This document shows positions 1 to 15,100 of a stretch of 64,000 nt of DNA, piece after piece; the first letter of the stretch is position 1, and the number at the start of each line of letters is the position of its first letter. The notes beneath the pieces are model-generated. The model saw nothing but the letters and a program-made list of their open reading frames with translations, did not search any database and was not told the DNA's origin. Location: NCBI GenBank assembly GCA_012295275.1, contig CM022673.1, forward strand, positions 12,958,001 to 13,022,000. Reading direction: 5' to 3'. The DNA comes from Chrysomallon squamiferum. Lineage: Eukaryota > Animalia > Mollusca. The position numbers and the translations under genes were made by a program.

Positions 1-204
1 GTCATTGCTAATAATCAAAATTGTTATTAAAAATTTGAATGACACTCTATTAAAATTTTTAATCTGTAATCATTCCGTTTAGAGAGATATTCACTCAATA
101 TTTACCCATCTGATTAATTCTTTTTCTTTTAGGTGGCATATTTCGATTTTGATTTTCCCTCGCTCCGTTCAGTATGTCACGTCCTATAAATAAGATGTAT
201 AGCA

Positions 205-350
205 TTTTGCGCATGCGTAGATTGTGAAGCATTCCAAGATGGAGTTGTTGTGTCCGTTGCGACGTTCGTTTTTGTAGCGTTGGAATGACTGTGTTTTATG
301 TTTTAAATGACAAATATGACAGCGACAAGAACCTGTTGATGCTTCATGGT
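205..350 (+). promoter_or_regulatory. Putative LRRC56 promoter and non-coding first exon
   Basis: Local CpG cluster, NRF1-like TGCGCATGCGTA at 208-219, YY1-like CAAGATGG near 235, and a candidate donor near 348 that could splice to the acceptor at 1360. Confidence 0.45.
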
Positions 351-753
351 ATTTTAATGTATTTATTATTATATAGTTTAGTAACTTATTTTAAAAATAA
401 TTCATTACCGGGATGTTATTAGTTGGTTGTTATGGAAGAATTAGACTGCGTTCAACTTGTTTTTACTAAAGGTATACACAAAATTTTTAGCGTAAACATT
501 TTACTTTTATTATAATAATTAAAAATATATATTTTTTCAGTAAGAGAGCAAAGTTTATCTTTATCACAAGTGTTAACACTTAAAATATAGAATGACATTT
601 TGTGTCGGATTTTCAAGCTCAATTTACCACTTCTTTAAGTAAATAAAATATACCTTATTTAAATTTCGTGGTAGTTAAATAATTTAATTTTATAGGTAAT
701 CTTCAACAATTACAGCATAAAAATCTGTATGTAAAATCATAAAAATATATACA

Positions 754-757
<4 letters not shown>

Positions 758-831
<74 letters not shown>
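758..831. repeat. (GT)n microsatellite
   Basis: Uninterrupted GT run seen directly. Confidence 0.95.
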
Positions 832-833
<2 letters not shown>

Positions 834-1435
834 GACCTATGTTAATGCCACGTTTTTAATTACTCATTTAATAATAATAATCATTTTTTGAAATGAAATA
901 TGTGTGCATGACTTAGAGATTAATGTTTAACCATGGAAATATTAAAACAAAGATATTCTTGAATTTTGATGCAGAAATATATTCAATGAATTAATGGGGT
1001 CTGAACAGCTCCACATGCTTCCATTGTGTAAAAAAAACTTTAACATTTTTTAAAATTATTACTTATTTTATAGTACCATGTCAAAGAGTCATCATTAACT
1101 GATAGAAAAACTTTATTCAAAATTGGTACTTATGTACAAATTTTGGCAGATCAACCCTTCGTTTATCAATTGTTATTTACATTGATATAAATTCCACAAA
1201 AAAATGTCAGCTATTTAATTCACATCATTAGACCTAGGAATTTTTTTACTTACTGTAAGTCTGTCATTTTGGACTGCTGAAATAGCCAAGTGCTATCATT
1301 ATAATTATTTTAATTATTTTATAATTTGTTCTTAACTCTAATTTTGTATTTATTTTGTAGGTGTGATGTTTACTGGTAGATTTTTATGAAATTGCAAATA
1401 GGCAATTCATGATCTGTGTTTTCATATACATTTAA

Positions 1436-4400
1436 ATGGCTTTAGCTCAGAATGCTCTTCAGATGCAAAGGTGAGATCTTGTTGTAGAATGTACAATATT
1501 GTGTTATTTCAATTTAAATTGATTCAGATTTTGTCACGATTTCAATCATTCATTGCTAGATTTAGTCATAATTAATTAAAGATGTATAATTTAAGTATGA
1601 AAGGATTAAATTTATTTGTTAAATGTTTTTATTCTCTGTCAGTGCTAGCTAATACATTTATACAACTTCTCTTATCTTTGGACTTCACCATGTATAAATT
1701 TGGTCTTGAAAATGTTTTTCTTTTTTTCAAATACATATACTTTGAATGTTATTTATTTACTTACCATCTATTGCTAATATAAGAGTATATTGTTTATTTT
1801 TTAAATTAGTTTGTTTATTTTATTTGTAGTGTCTACAACATGGAACCCAATCTGCAGATTCCAGGCACAGGTCTTGCTCGAGGAGTGCATATCACTGAGT
1901 ACAAAGAAACCAGGATCAACCCCAACCCACTGGTTTTTGAGGAATCAGATCTGCTTATGGAACAGTACTTATCCCCCAGTAAATTGGTAAACTATTTTTT
2001 ATATTTCACCGAATCATTCTCAAAGATGTTTAAAAATATGTGTGTAAAAGATATTGAAACTAAATGTCTACCAATTTTAAAATAATAAATGGGAAATTTA
2101 TTATTAGCATTTTTACAATGGAGTCCTAGCTTAAGTAAATATTAAGTAAAATTTGCCACACCAATAAAAATACAGAAAAAGCAAATACTGTTTAAGATCT
2201 GTTTATTTAAAATATGCATTTTGACTACACACATTAGCCTCCAACAAAATAATATTTTTAAAAATATATAAAAGGAGAGTTTTCACAGCATTTTTTATGT
2301 AATGAAATTTATTAATTTCTATAGCAATAGAGCTATTTCCCATTCCACTGTGTATGTGCCCGTTGCTGGGTAAATCGTGAGATCTTACCAAAAAAGCAAT
2401 CATGTTGTAATGGGAGGCCACAACCATCATTCAGCTATTAACTATTCTAGTAGCAGAAGTCTCGGAAATTCGTTATCCTTCCATTATTATCTATATCCGA
2501 ATCATTTGTGGGTAATCACTTCACATAGAAATGAAAAATATTTTAATGTTTTCTGCAAACACGAGGATTTGTTAGCACAGTGTTTAGGTGGGAAGCCAGT
2601 GAACGACAAGAAACATGGACTATATTCCCACTCTGAATATAATATGGGACGGGAAATTGTCACAATCACCTAGGATAACAAATGAAATTAATGACATCGT
2701 TCAGATAACTTCATAGAACAATACTTTCAATTATGGTCTTAATTATTCAGTCTACCTCAACTAGTTGAGGTGTTTGCTGCTTGGAGTCACAAATACTTAG
2801 TAGAGGTTGTACAAGTATGTAGGTGTTTTTGTGAGTATATGAGTAAAGGTACAATCTTCAGTGTAACAATTATATGTTATTCCAAAATAAATGGTTCATT
2901 TATAGACTTTTTTTTAAGCGTAAAGTATGTATACTTGACTGTGTTTGTACTAATTACACCTAACAATAACTGTAATTAGACAAGTAACTGGTTTTAACAC
3001 TGTAAGGAAGTAAGTTGCTTACATTTCCTTCATAAACAAAAGGTTTAATTAATCATGTTACTGTATGTTTTGTTTGATGATCATAGTGTGCGGCCATGTT
3101 GTCAGTGTTCAGTCAGAGATGTGTCTGCAACAAAGGTGTACATACTCTGGCTGTAAATGGTCTCATTGCAAAGACTTGCTGAACAAACAAGTTATTACCA
3201 ATGTTTGTAGTGCTTCTATGGGTGATGGGCACCTGCTACCTGTCGATCTGGACATGCATGCACAATAGGAATGCAAAATATCTCTATTTGCAGTTTGATT
3301 TGTGACAGATTTTGCTATGTTGAAACTGAATTTTAAAATTAATACTAAAAAAAACCCCATTTCTGAAGTTTTTAATTAAAATATTAAACAAAAAAGGTTC
3401 TTTGTTTTTGTATGAATAAACATATGTGTTCTCTAAAATGTCACTTTATAATTTACATATATGATTATTAGCAAATTTGTTATTTTTGCAAAATCGATTT
3501 TTATGCACTAACCATTTCTAAGCTATATTTGAAAACAGGGGGAAAAAAAGATTTATTGTAACAACAACTATTCATAACTACTGTAAATCATGAAAGAAGA
3601 ATTTTACTAGTTGGATTATTAAAACAAACTCAGAATTGATCTGTTTAAAAAAGTATTTGGTTTATATATTTTGAGTTGGGTAATAAATTATGTTAGTAAT
3701 TAGGTGAAACATTATTTACTTATATTTATAATTTTTCATTTAAAAAGTTCATGATTTACAATGCTTTTTATATTATTTTTTAAAATTCTTTTAATTTAAA
3801 AAAAAATAATAATTATTTTTTTAAATCTCAGTTTGATACTTGATGGGGATCTGATATCCTGGTGTTGGCATGCTTTGTTAATTTTTATTATTTATTTTCG
3901 TTACCTTTGCAGTCTGCTTTAATTGTTGTCACCTACTGCGTGTTAACAACACATTTTTATCCCAATTCAGACAGATCATTTTCATTGCTATAATTATTTT
4001 CACAAGGTATATTTGCACAGATGCAATAATGAAAATTTAATTTTTTTGTACACTCACCTGTTTGCATGATAATAGGGATATGAATGTTTTTTTAAGAAAT
4101 CAATTTATTTCTTGGTCTGAGCTTGATCAATGCAAACAACAAAAAAAAACATGCTGTCATTTTGGAGTCAGATCCCTGCCTCTTAAGTCATTGGCAAGTA
4201 TCACAATTTAAAACTGGATATGCACAATCTAAAAAATAATTTAAGTGTATATCAAGGGCATTTTTTTCTTCTTTATTTCTTCACCAGCAGAGCACAGACC
4301 ATGACTTTCAAACAGAAAATTTAACTGAGGTAGGGACCATATTTTGTCGTGTGCAAATATGCCTTGTAAATAGATATAGCAATAGAGAAATTAATTTATA

Positions 4401-7400
4401 ACTCATTGTAAAATGCAGAACATTTTCAGTATGATCATAAAAAAAATACAAATATATAATGGACATCATTGACATATTCTGTGTAATATGGGTTTATTTA
4501 AAATGAAAAAAAAAAGATAATGAATAATAGTTTGAGATATTTGTCTATATTCCATGAAAATTATTTATCCTGTATGTAGCATTCAGTTGTTTCCTCTCAT
4601 TTGTTCTTTCATTTTCTAACATTTTGATGTTACACATCATATATCTACTTTCTTCATTTATCTTTTCAACTTACCAAAAATGTTATATTTATCATTTAAT
4701 AATGTCTTCATTGTCAGCGTCTCATAACTGGCATAGAAAATCTAGAAGAAGTGGAATCGTTAGAGTTGAAAGTCAATACAGAGGAAACAAGTCTTGGTAA
4801 CTTTGGCTCTTTGTTACCCAATCTTCATCAGCTGAAACTGTCTGATAGCGTGATACCAAGAATACGGTATATATATTTTTTCAGTCTCAGTATGATATGT
4901 TTCAATATAGTACATGAGTATAATTTTAAAAATGTTCTTTTGAAAGTGCTAATTTGTTGTTAATACATTTAAAGATTGACTAAACATTTGTAGAATTAAA
5001 TAAAATAATGTCTATTCAGTATCAGCCAGGTATAAAAATACTTTCCCCAAAAATGGAAAAAAAGAAAATGTCCTATTAAAAAAATGTCCAGTCAGGTGAA
5101 AGCAAATTTATGTAAATATTCCCTCCTTTTTCACATTCTCAGAGATTTAGGTTCATCATTACGAAATGTTCATGTTATGTGGATGTCTCGTTGTGGTTTG
5201 AGTGAGCTTGATGGAATATCCTCCATGTCCAGTCTGAAGGAAGTTTATTTGTCCTACAATGACATAGCAGACATTAGTCCTCTCAGCATGCTCGACACAC
5301 TTCAGATTCTTGATCTAGAGGGGTAGGTAATTTAGTATTTGGGTTTTTTCTTCTGTTTTTTTAAAGACTTCTGAACATCTATTCAGAGTATTTAAAATTA
5401 AGGCAGTTTATTATGTTTTACATTTTTTTGCAGGTTAAATTTTTAAAATTTACACAGACACACACACACACTAAAAAAAATATAATTCTGTGAAAACATT
5501 TTTTTTTTTACCACATCTAAATCTTATACAGATGCGAGAATTACATTCCTTGTTTTAAAAATGTCTTCTGTGTTAAACATAGAATTCTTTTTTAATAATT
5601 TTTCAGAAACAATATTGATGACATAGCTCAGATTCAGTACCTCTCTCTATGTCAGAATCTAAAGAGTCTGGCGTTGGAAGGAAACCCTGTCTGTGTTATG
5701 TCTAGTCCAGACAGTCAGGAGGTAATTTAATTAGCAGATAGAACTGTTTTATAATTTACATTTTTAAAAATTCTTTCGGTAAAACTTGCAGAATCATTTC
5801 CCTGCACCAGATTTATCTTTGCCTTTTTTATGACTTGGTGAACAAGATAAAAACATAATGAAGCATCCTTCTGGTGTTTGGTTGTTTTACGGTATAATGT
5901 GACATGATGTTTAATTTACATTATATATGTTTTTCTTTTTCTTTATGTATATTTTTCTGTTTTTAAGGTTTCGTACAATTATCGATCTGCTGTAAAAAAG
6001 ATTTTGCCTCATCTTCGAATTCTTGATGATGAAGCTCTAATTGAAGGTCACAAACCAAAGGTCAAACCCAATGCCTTTGATGATGACTGGGCCTATCTTC
6101 AGGAATTGCAGAAGGATGCTTTGATGATGGAAGAATCTATTGAAAGTATTGATGCAGCTGATGCAGGTATCGAGTCTTGAGAAATAGTAGTAATCAGTTT
6201 TGTATGATAATCTAAGATAACCTAAATCTGCTACTGTGAAGACTCATTAATTAGGAGGAAAAGCAGTCATTGTTTAAATTCATAAACCTTATCACCAGCA
6301 GAGCACAGACCATGACTTTCAATCAGAAAGTGGTTCAAAATTGGCACAACCTATTTTAAAGGATACTTTGAATTGTTTGTTTTTTCATAAAATAAAATTC
6401 TTGAATGAAAACCATAATTATCACAAACATTTATTTTTACACGATACTGTTCATCTTTGTATGCTGTGAAATACTCACTTATTAACAATAATAGTTTGAA
6501 TTCAGTACTCGAAGATTTTTGTTTTTGTTGTATGAAAACCATACATTTTGTTATAACAAAACAACATTTTTTTCAGGAAATGTATTCCTGTATGTTTGTT
6601 AATCGTTCTTCTGTCTTGTTATTTAGTAGACAGCTCCTCTCCAAAGTCACCTGAGAATTCACGACCTCCTTCTGCTGCACTTCGACCAGCTACCTCCTAC
6701 CGACCTGGCTGTTCCCTTCGCCCAAAGTCAGCGTTCCGTCCCCTCTCTGCTAACCGACGCCCAGCCACTGTAGCAGCCACTCGTGTCATCAGCGACATTC
6801 GACCCATGACAGCCAACAGACCTTTCTCCAGTGGTAAGTTTTTTTTGTTTTTTAAGTTCGTTTTTTGAAGAAAAGAAAAAAAGAACTAAATGTATGTTTT
6901 ACATTATTGGTAAGATATTGCTTAAAAGAATGTACAAAACAAAAGGTCACAACTAAATGTAAATTTTACAGTACTGACTTGTCAGTTAATATACTTTCAA
7001 TAAAGTTAATTTTCATTCTTAGATGCTGTCGATTTAGACATAGATCCAGTTAGTGATTTGACTGCAGGCATAGTTATCTGTGGTAACCCATCAAGAGCAT
7101 TGCGGTCACGAAAAAAACCAAGAAATTCTGAAGGAGATGGAGAACATATAAAAACTAGACTTTTTGCAGAGGTATACCAATGGTTTCTTTTAAATAAAAT
7201 TATCTTGCTCATACAGAAAATTAATTTTGTGTAGTAAGTCTAGAAGTTAATGTACTTACAACTGTTTGAAAATCCATGCTATTAGTTAGTATGAATTTTG
7301 TAAGTACAGTAAAAGTTAACCACACATTTCAAATACACAATTATTGAATTAAAAGAAAGGCATTTTAAATAATATTTGTTGTTTCATAGTTGAAAGTTTT

Positions 7401-8634
7401 GTTGGATTTTTTGCTGGTGATCTTTTCTTTATCTCTTTTTTTTTTTTTTTTTTTTTTTTTAATTAAAAAAATATAATTATAGTGGACTGCTGCATGCTTT
7501 GTTGTTTTCAGAAGACATGTGAAGAAGACATAAATGAACAACTTGAACATGATCACCATTTAGCAGATGTAGTGCAGGAGCTGAAAGACTGGAGAATACA
7601 TCATGAAAAGTCAGTTCTATTCTTTATTTTTGTTATATATATGTGTGTGTGTCTTAGTTTGTGTTTCTTGTTTAATCATTAGATAAAACAGTCTAATCAA
7701 ATTTCCTCTCATTTTGATTAAGTTTCATTTCAATTTTGTTTCTTTTTTTTTTTTTTTTTTTCTTTTATTGTCTTTCCTGCTCTTCCAAACATCTGACATT
7801 ATTAAAACAAAATTTGTATCAGTTAATGTTAAAGATAAATAATATTCTTATCATTTCTAAGCAGTGTATTGAACTATGATGAATTCTTTTCTCCAACACA
7901 TTTCAGGAGAATGCAGAAAATTATGGAAAGCAAAGCTCCTCAGGTGCTAGTAATAGATGAAAATACTCGACTGTCCGACTCAGAATCAGAAAATGATGAT
8001 GAGGATTTGTTTCCTGGATCATTTTCACGACAAGACTGTTTAACTGAACAAACTGTTAACAAAAACTTTAATACAACAGCTCAACATCCCAGTGTAAAAC
8101 TGAAAAGTTTTAAGCATGATGAATCTTTCGAATTGGATGATGATGAGGAGGTTGGTGGGGATGACGTTTGTAGGAAAGCTAGTCCCCCCAAAAAAACAAC
8201 CAGCCGATCGCCTGGTTACATCATACAGCCTCTGTTGCCTAGGTAATTATCAAAAGTTGTTCAAAATATCGAAAATTGTGAAGACTAAATATATAAAATA
8301 TCTTAATTCTATTTTTAGTCTTACGGTTTGTTTTTTTTGTTTTATTTGTATCCATAGAATTTATTTGTAAACAACTTATTTGATTCCTTTACGAATTACT
8401 GATAAGGATATTTCTGTTTATAGGTCAAATATGAAAACTCCATCAGAGTTAGTGACAACCGCAACAGGACTGGCAAAACCAGTTTTCAAAATGGCCAGCC
8501 CACCTGAAATACCTTTTCCACCCAGACCAACCACCGCGGGGGCAGGCTTAGCTTTTCTCAACTCAGCGCGCATGCGACGGCAGCATGCTGATGTTCATGC
8601 ACTGCCACCTCGGCCACCAGTTAGAAAGTCCTAG
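1436..8634 (+). CDS. LRRC56: Leucine-rich repeat protein 56 (axonemal dynein/IFT-associated), 11 coding exons, 611 aa
   Basis: GT-AG exons join in frame: 1436-1470, 1830-1986, 4718-4866, 5143-5322, 5607-5721, 5968-6166, 6627-6833, 7023-7171, 7512-7609, 7907-8242, 8424-8634 (1836 nt, TAG stop). Motifs YLSPSKL, SLGNFGSLLPNLHQLKL, RDLGSSLRNVHVMWMSRCGLSELDGISS, LDLEGNNIDD, LEGNPVC, YNYRSAVKKILPHLRILDD and VICGNPSRALR match LRRC56 as I recall it. The start could alternatively be ATG 1840. Confidence 0.92.
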
Positions 8635-11600
8635 CAAAAAACCGAATTCATTCAGAGCACAGACGTGTTGTGTTAAACTGCTGTGATAATGTTGTGGTTG
8701 TGGATCAAACACACAAGATGTTCATATACACTTTCCATTGTGAAGGGTCTGCTCATTGTGTCCATTGACGAGTGTATGTAATGTATATTTATCATTCTTC
8801 TCTGAAATGCGGTCACAGGGTGTTCATGAAGTTGAATAGGAAAAGAAGAACAGATAATTTAAAAAAAGATGTCAGTGATGTGACTATGAAAAGACAAGAA
8901 CTAGTAATAAAAAAATGATAAACTTTAACTCCTCAAAGACAACTGCTGAGATGTTTGTTAAACTGTCTAATGCTGATGGTAACTTAACTGCTGTAAAAAA
9001 GTGTATATAAATATTTATTACTGTACATTTCAAAACTGATGTTCAATGTGCAGTTTAAAGTTTATTTTAATATTAATTATGGAAACCGAGAAGGTTGAAT
9101 CTAAAGGATTTAAGCTTATGAAATGATACAATTCACAGTTAAATTCTGCTAGAAAAACATTGTTTCATGAACAAAGTCATTTTTGACATGATCAGCTAGA
9201 TTAATATAAATTTATCATTTTTTTCACACTATCCAAAAAGATTATTTTATTAAATTAGTTAACTCAGTTTGATCTCAAATCATTTCTTGTACCTTTTGCT
9301 AACATAATTATTTATGAACAGGTATTTTATGCACATAAATTATTAGAATCTGAAAAACAAATGTGTTTGTTTATATATTTACTGATGCTTAAACTGTATT
9401 GTTAATGAGGAGGGAAATTCATAGTTGGTGAAGGGTTACATCACTTAATTCTGTTTTATGGTTTGGGAATTATTAGGCAGTATTTTCATTTTATTTTATT
9501 TTTAAAAATAAAAATAATGTGTTTGGATATGTATATAGATTTCTTTTAATTAAAGAATGAATACTGTTTCCAAGTTTAAGGTGCTGGTATCTTTAATTCA
9601 TCAGACCCAAACATGACATCTGAATTAATTGATTACAATAATAATATAATAATAATAATAGTAATTAATGTCCTGATACCAATGAATCTTTGATAATGGT
9701 TCATATTGTATATTGTATATTGTTTATCATTTTTGTTATGTGTATAAAAAATTGCTACTGTGAATGGGTAATGAATATATATATATATTTGTACATTTTC
9801 ATTGTACATGTTATAATGGAGGACCAGAAAATATCTACATTATTTTATTTTTCAAAGTGTCAAAAATTAAACAACAAAATTGTTGTTGATAAATTATTCT
9901 TGATGTTACTTTTTTCTTTTCCTTTTTTATTTTTTTGATGACAAATAATTAAGGATTATAATGTTCATATGTATAAAGATACGCTTATTTTTTTTTTAAC
10001 TTTTAGTTTTAAATTGTATTTTTAGTTTGCTTTACTTTCTAAAATGTTTTATTTTTATTTATTTATTTTTGTTATATTGATATTATTTTTACATTTGATT
10101 TATAATGATGGTCGATTGAAATAATACATTTAATTGTACTTTTTAACAACCTATCATTCATTTAAATCTATTTCTTAATAGGTATTCATTGTATTTCATT
10201 CCAAAAATATTTCTGCCAAGAATCATTTGTAAACATTCCTGATTCTGTGCCTTTTATTTATTAAAATGTTAAGCAATTATTGTAATAATTTTTTTCTTGA
10301 TCTGTGATTTTGTTTATATTACATTTTTGGTTACTTTGTACATGTATAAAATTATTTATGTATTTTTTTATTATTATTTATTTATTTATTATTATTTTTT
10401 TATTATTACCAGAAATAACAGTATTGACATACAAATGTATTGTTGATTATTTTTGTCTTGAGTGAAAGTATAATCCAAACAAAAAATGAATATAAAATTG
10501 GCTAAAATCTGAGTCCTGTTTTTTTATGTACTGCATTAATAAATTATTAGTATTAAAATATATATCTGCTGATGGAAAGGAGTCTAAATATATTATGTGC
10601 TAATTTTCAAGTTATTATTTATTTATTTAATAATAATTTATATTAAATAACAACAAATAAGAGTATATGGATGCTGACATATTTTCCATAGTGACATCAA
10701 GATACAGTGTGGTGCAATATACTCTAGTTTCTAAGTGTGAAAGAAAACAAAAATAATTAAAAAATAATTAAATAAATAAATAAATAAAAACAACACCCAC
10801 CATTCCGCTCCGTATATGACAAAGGGTATAAAATGGCCTGCATTCAAATGTTTTGTAACTATGATTTTATTGTTAAAACAAGTCAAGCAGAATATAATAA
10901 TTACTCAGAATTATAAAGAAATTTATTCATTTATTCAGGCTGCCGTGAGGACACTACATTTGCAAACATTTTATTCACTGATGGATGCCTTGATACTGCA
11001 CTTGTTATTATTATAAATATTAAGTGATTTGATAAAAACTGTCTTGCAAATATAATAATATTTTATTATTTCAAGTACAAGTTCCGTATCATCTGCAGTT
11101 TCTGGATTTTACTGTTTGTCATTTGTTGCTTCTTTTTACCAGCTCCAAAATCTTTATTCTCAATGACCACACACAAACTGTACCAGACGGTGATATCATT
11201 TTTAATACAACACATTGGTTGAAATAAAAGTATGGATACATGCATCAATAAATGGAAGCATCAACATATTTCTTAACTTTTATCATTTTGATCTTGTAGT
11301 TTGTCATTTGTTATGACTATCAACAAAAATATATAATTTGGAAAAATATAGAATGTATTTAAAACTATTTCTTCATATCACCAAAGGTATTAAAATTAGA
11401 CTTTAAAGTGAAATACCAAGAGAAAATGTATTTTTCATCCTTAGAAGTTATATTTTATTATTTATTTTTATGATTAGTCTTAATTAACAGTGAAATAAAA
11501 CAATGACTTCAAGATTATAAAAAAAAAAAAAAATGATCTAAAAGAGTCTGAAATGATCATGTAAAATGGCTGCATTCAAATATTTTGTAACTATTATTTT

Positions 11601-12162
11601 ATTAATATTTAATATACCTGTATTATTTCTGTAAGATTAATATGACAGGAAAACTGCTGTCACATCATTTTTTTTTTTTTTCTGTGAGTGGTTGTATGCA
11701 TCAGTGTGTGCATGTGTGTGTCTTGAATTTATACAACAGATCTAAGAACAAACACAAACAACAGAGGAAACCAGTAGCATAACATTTATTAAGGCAGTAA
11801 AATGTTGAAAACTTCAACACAACAATAAAATAATATAATCACTATAATCTGTCAAAAATGTAATAATTACATACTTGTAAATTAAAAGATAAATAGATTC
11901 AAGACATGAAGGCACTGTGTGTTTTACACAAATTACCAAAATTAGGCTAATATCTCAATTATAATCAAATTTATATATCTGATCCTTGATAAAGTCGCAT
12001 ACAAAAAAAACATAACTGGTAAGTAGAATTAAAAATGATTAAAAAAAAAAAAAAAAAAAATGAACAACAGTGAAAAATAAAAGCAATAAACTATAATAAC
12101 CAAATAAACTACAGTAACCAAGCATATGCAGTACATACATGGGAATAATCATAAACAAGTTA

Positions 12163-15100
12163 TTAATTGTGGAAAAGGGGTCTGTGCAGTCCCTTTCTCA
12201 CTGTGTTCTTATTTAGATGTCTCCATTTATTCCTCAAGTCTTCAGCAGTTCTTTCTTTGAAAAATTTATAGGCTCTGAGAATACCTTTCCAGTTATAGCC
12301 AAATATTTTCACTCCTCTTAAAAGTCTACGCTCTTCACACATAGAGAAAGGTCTACTTTGTCTTGCAATATTCTTCTTTTTGTTGGCCTAAAAGAAAAGC
12401 AAATATATATAAATAAATGAAGCAGAAATATTCAGCAATGATTAGCTATTAATATTTTTAAAACAAAAAATAAATTTTACAAAAACAAAACATAAAATAA
12501 GCTTATTTTCAATTAAATTTTTGAAATGAAAAGGTTAAATAAACTTTATCGTTATTTTAGCAGAATTGTAAAGTATGCACTCAGACAAAGTAATTATCTC
12601 TTACTTGTGATAATATTCCAAAAACTACTTCAGTGTCTATATTAGTTCATCATCAAATTGATAAGTGTATAAATGTAAGAAATAATAACAATCTGGAAAA
12701 CCATTAACTTATGGATAAATACCTGAAAAAAAAATATCAGCAGATATTTTGTTGTAGATTTCTAAGAGTACATCTTTTAATCAAAGATGCTTTTTGGATT
12801 AATATTCTATTTTCACATTTTACAAAAATTTCTAACTTAATAAAACTGTCAATACCACCAGTCTTTGGTATTTCTCTTTCAGATCAACAGCTGTTCTTGA
12901 TGGATTAAATTTGTATGTCACAAGGATTTGGTTCCATCTTTTGCCCATGTTCTCAACACCATGCTTGAGGTATTTCAGTTCTTCATCACTGTATGGTATT
13001 CTTCTACGTCTTTTAATATCATGGTTTTTCAGTATTTTTAATGGATGTACTGATGACTGGAAGGTATGTGGTGGTGAAACACACTACCAAATATACATAT
13101 TAAAATTTAAATATAGAAAACAAAAATGGGAGGAAGAAATTAATCAATTTTTAAATTTTGTAAAAAGGTTTTGCTATGTGCTTTAAACAATCACTCGCCA
13201 CTGTAAAGTTCTGTTTTAATCCAAAATATCTGTTTTTAAATTATGAAATCATAATCAATTGTTAGAAGAAAAAAAACGTTAATGGTTGAGAATGGCTTTC
13301 TACAGTCTAAAAAAATGTTACTAATTTTAATGAATAATTTTACCGGTTTTGATAGTTCTGAATCGCTGTTGGATGTATGAAAATCATACACATTTAATGC
13401 TGTCTTCTGAATAGTTGATTCTTTTGGGTAGATTCTTTCCTTTATTTTTGAAAGCAGTTTTCTGCTTTTCTGTTTATTTGTTAATGCCTTTGTCTTTTGA
13501 ATGAATTCCCTTTCCAGTGATCTGATGTATCGATGACTTGAACATGTGTTACATGAAGTTTCCAAAGTGATATTGTAAGTGCGGCTGTTTAAAAAGACTC
13601 CGTGAATTTTTTCAGAGGAATTACATCCTTTATGAACAAATAAAATTTAGAATGTAAAATAAAAATTAGTGTTTTACAATTTATAAATATAATTCAAACT
13701 CTAAATTCGATTATAAAATTTATATTATATGATATTTTTCATTAAAATTATTTACTGTTAGGTTTCTTCACTGTTGCAATAACTATAAATCTTCTTTTTT
13801 TAACAATTTATCAAAATTATTATTATATTTTTCTTTTATTGAAAAAATATATTCGTTTGTTACATTTATGCATTTATATTTTATTTTTTATCACAATATA
13901 TAGAAATGAAACACAAAAGAAAATAAAAATAAAATATACCTGGGCAAAGATAATTCTTCTTACCCATTTGAGATTTCTCACAGAATTGAATCAAGTTTCT
14001 TCCACTATTATCTGAAAATATTTGAAACTGTGCTTAAATCACTGAACTCCTATAAAAGCTAATTGTATACTCATTTAACAATAAGCCAGATGATTTTTTT
14101 TTTTTTTTTTACAAAAAAACTAAATAATAAACCTCAACAACTTTTCATCTTTGTTATTAATAAGAATATTATCTAGGAAATAAGACTCACCATGTGGGCA
14201 TTTTTGACACATTTCTGAAATTGGATGGCAATAAGATGGACTATATTTACATTTCTTCACACTTCTTTGATCAGTGAAATTTTTAATCTGGTTAACAGAA
14301 ACAGCCACTGGGGTGGACAATTTGCTCACTTGATTATTTTCCTTAACACCAGAGTTCCACAGATTTTGTTTAGCTAATGTTAACAAATGAAAATCAAATT
14401 CTGATGCTGCTGGTGAAGGTACAGGTTGAGGGGGTTGTTGGATGTGGTTATATAATAAGTTGCTATTGTTTGTAACAGGTTTAACTTGGAAAGCTATCAT
14501 TGGTCTTCTGGCAAATACTCTGACATTGTTTCTCTTATTCATACCGTTTATGGCAGAAGCACTAGAGGATGTTACTATTTTTCTTTTCAGTGGTATGACA
14601 TTTGGTTTCACAAAGTTATGTTCTGCTTCTTGTCCATCCTTGACTGTCACAACTTCTGTTCTTTGCTTTGTTTCAGTACTAGACAATCTACTGTTAGCAT
14701 CACTTCCTTCTTTATTCAAACACTTCATTTTTTTAGATGAATCTGCCAAACTTTCATCATTGAGAAATATGTTAGAAATTATATCATCATTTTCTGTTTG
14801 GGTTTTCAAATTAATTATTTCTGATTTGTCTTCATAAGCATTTATTTTATTTGCAAATGGTTTTGCTTTATATGCAACATATAATGCTCTTTTCGGCAAG
14901 ATGTCATTTATTTTGTGATTAGAACTCTGACAATCATCATATTTTTGTTTATTTTCAGAGTGTATTGTCTGTGAAGAATTTATTTTATCAGGTGACAAAT
15001 AAATGTTCTCTGAAATATTTGTTCCTAGTTGATGGTCAGTTTTATTTTCAGATGTGATTCTAGAGTGATCACTAAATCTTCTATCCAAATCTTCACAGTT

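Noticed and set aside
3830-4210. Possible degenerate MITE with inverted GATACTTG / GGGATCTGA blocks
   Set aside because: Only short patches match, so boundaries and a target-site duplication cannot be defined.
10828-11605. About 45-bp direct repeats at roughly 10828 and 11562 as element termini
   Set aside because: They are too short and AT-rich, and no recognisable coding remnant lies between them; a local duplication is more likely.
14442-14837. 131-aa plus-strand hydrophobic ORF
   Set aside because: It is the antisense shadow of the large TERB1 exon.
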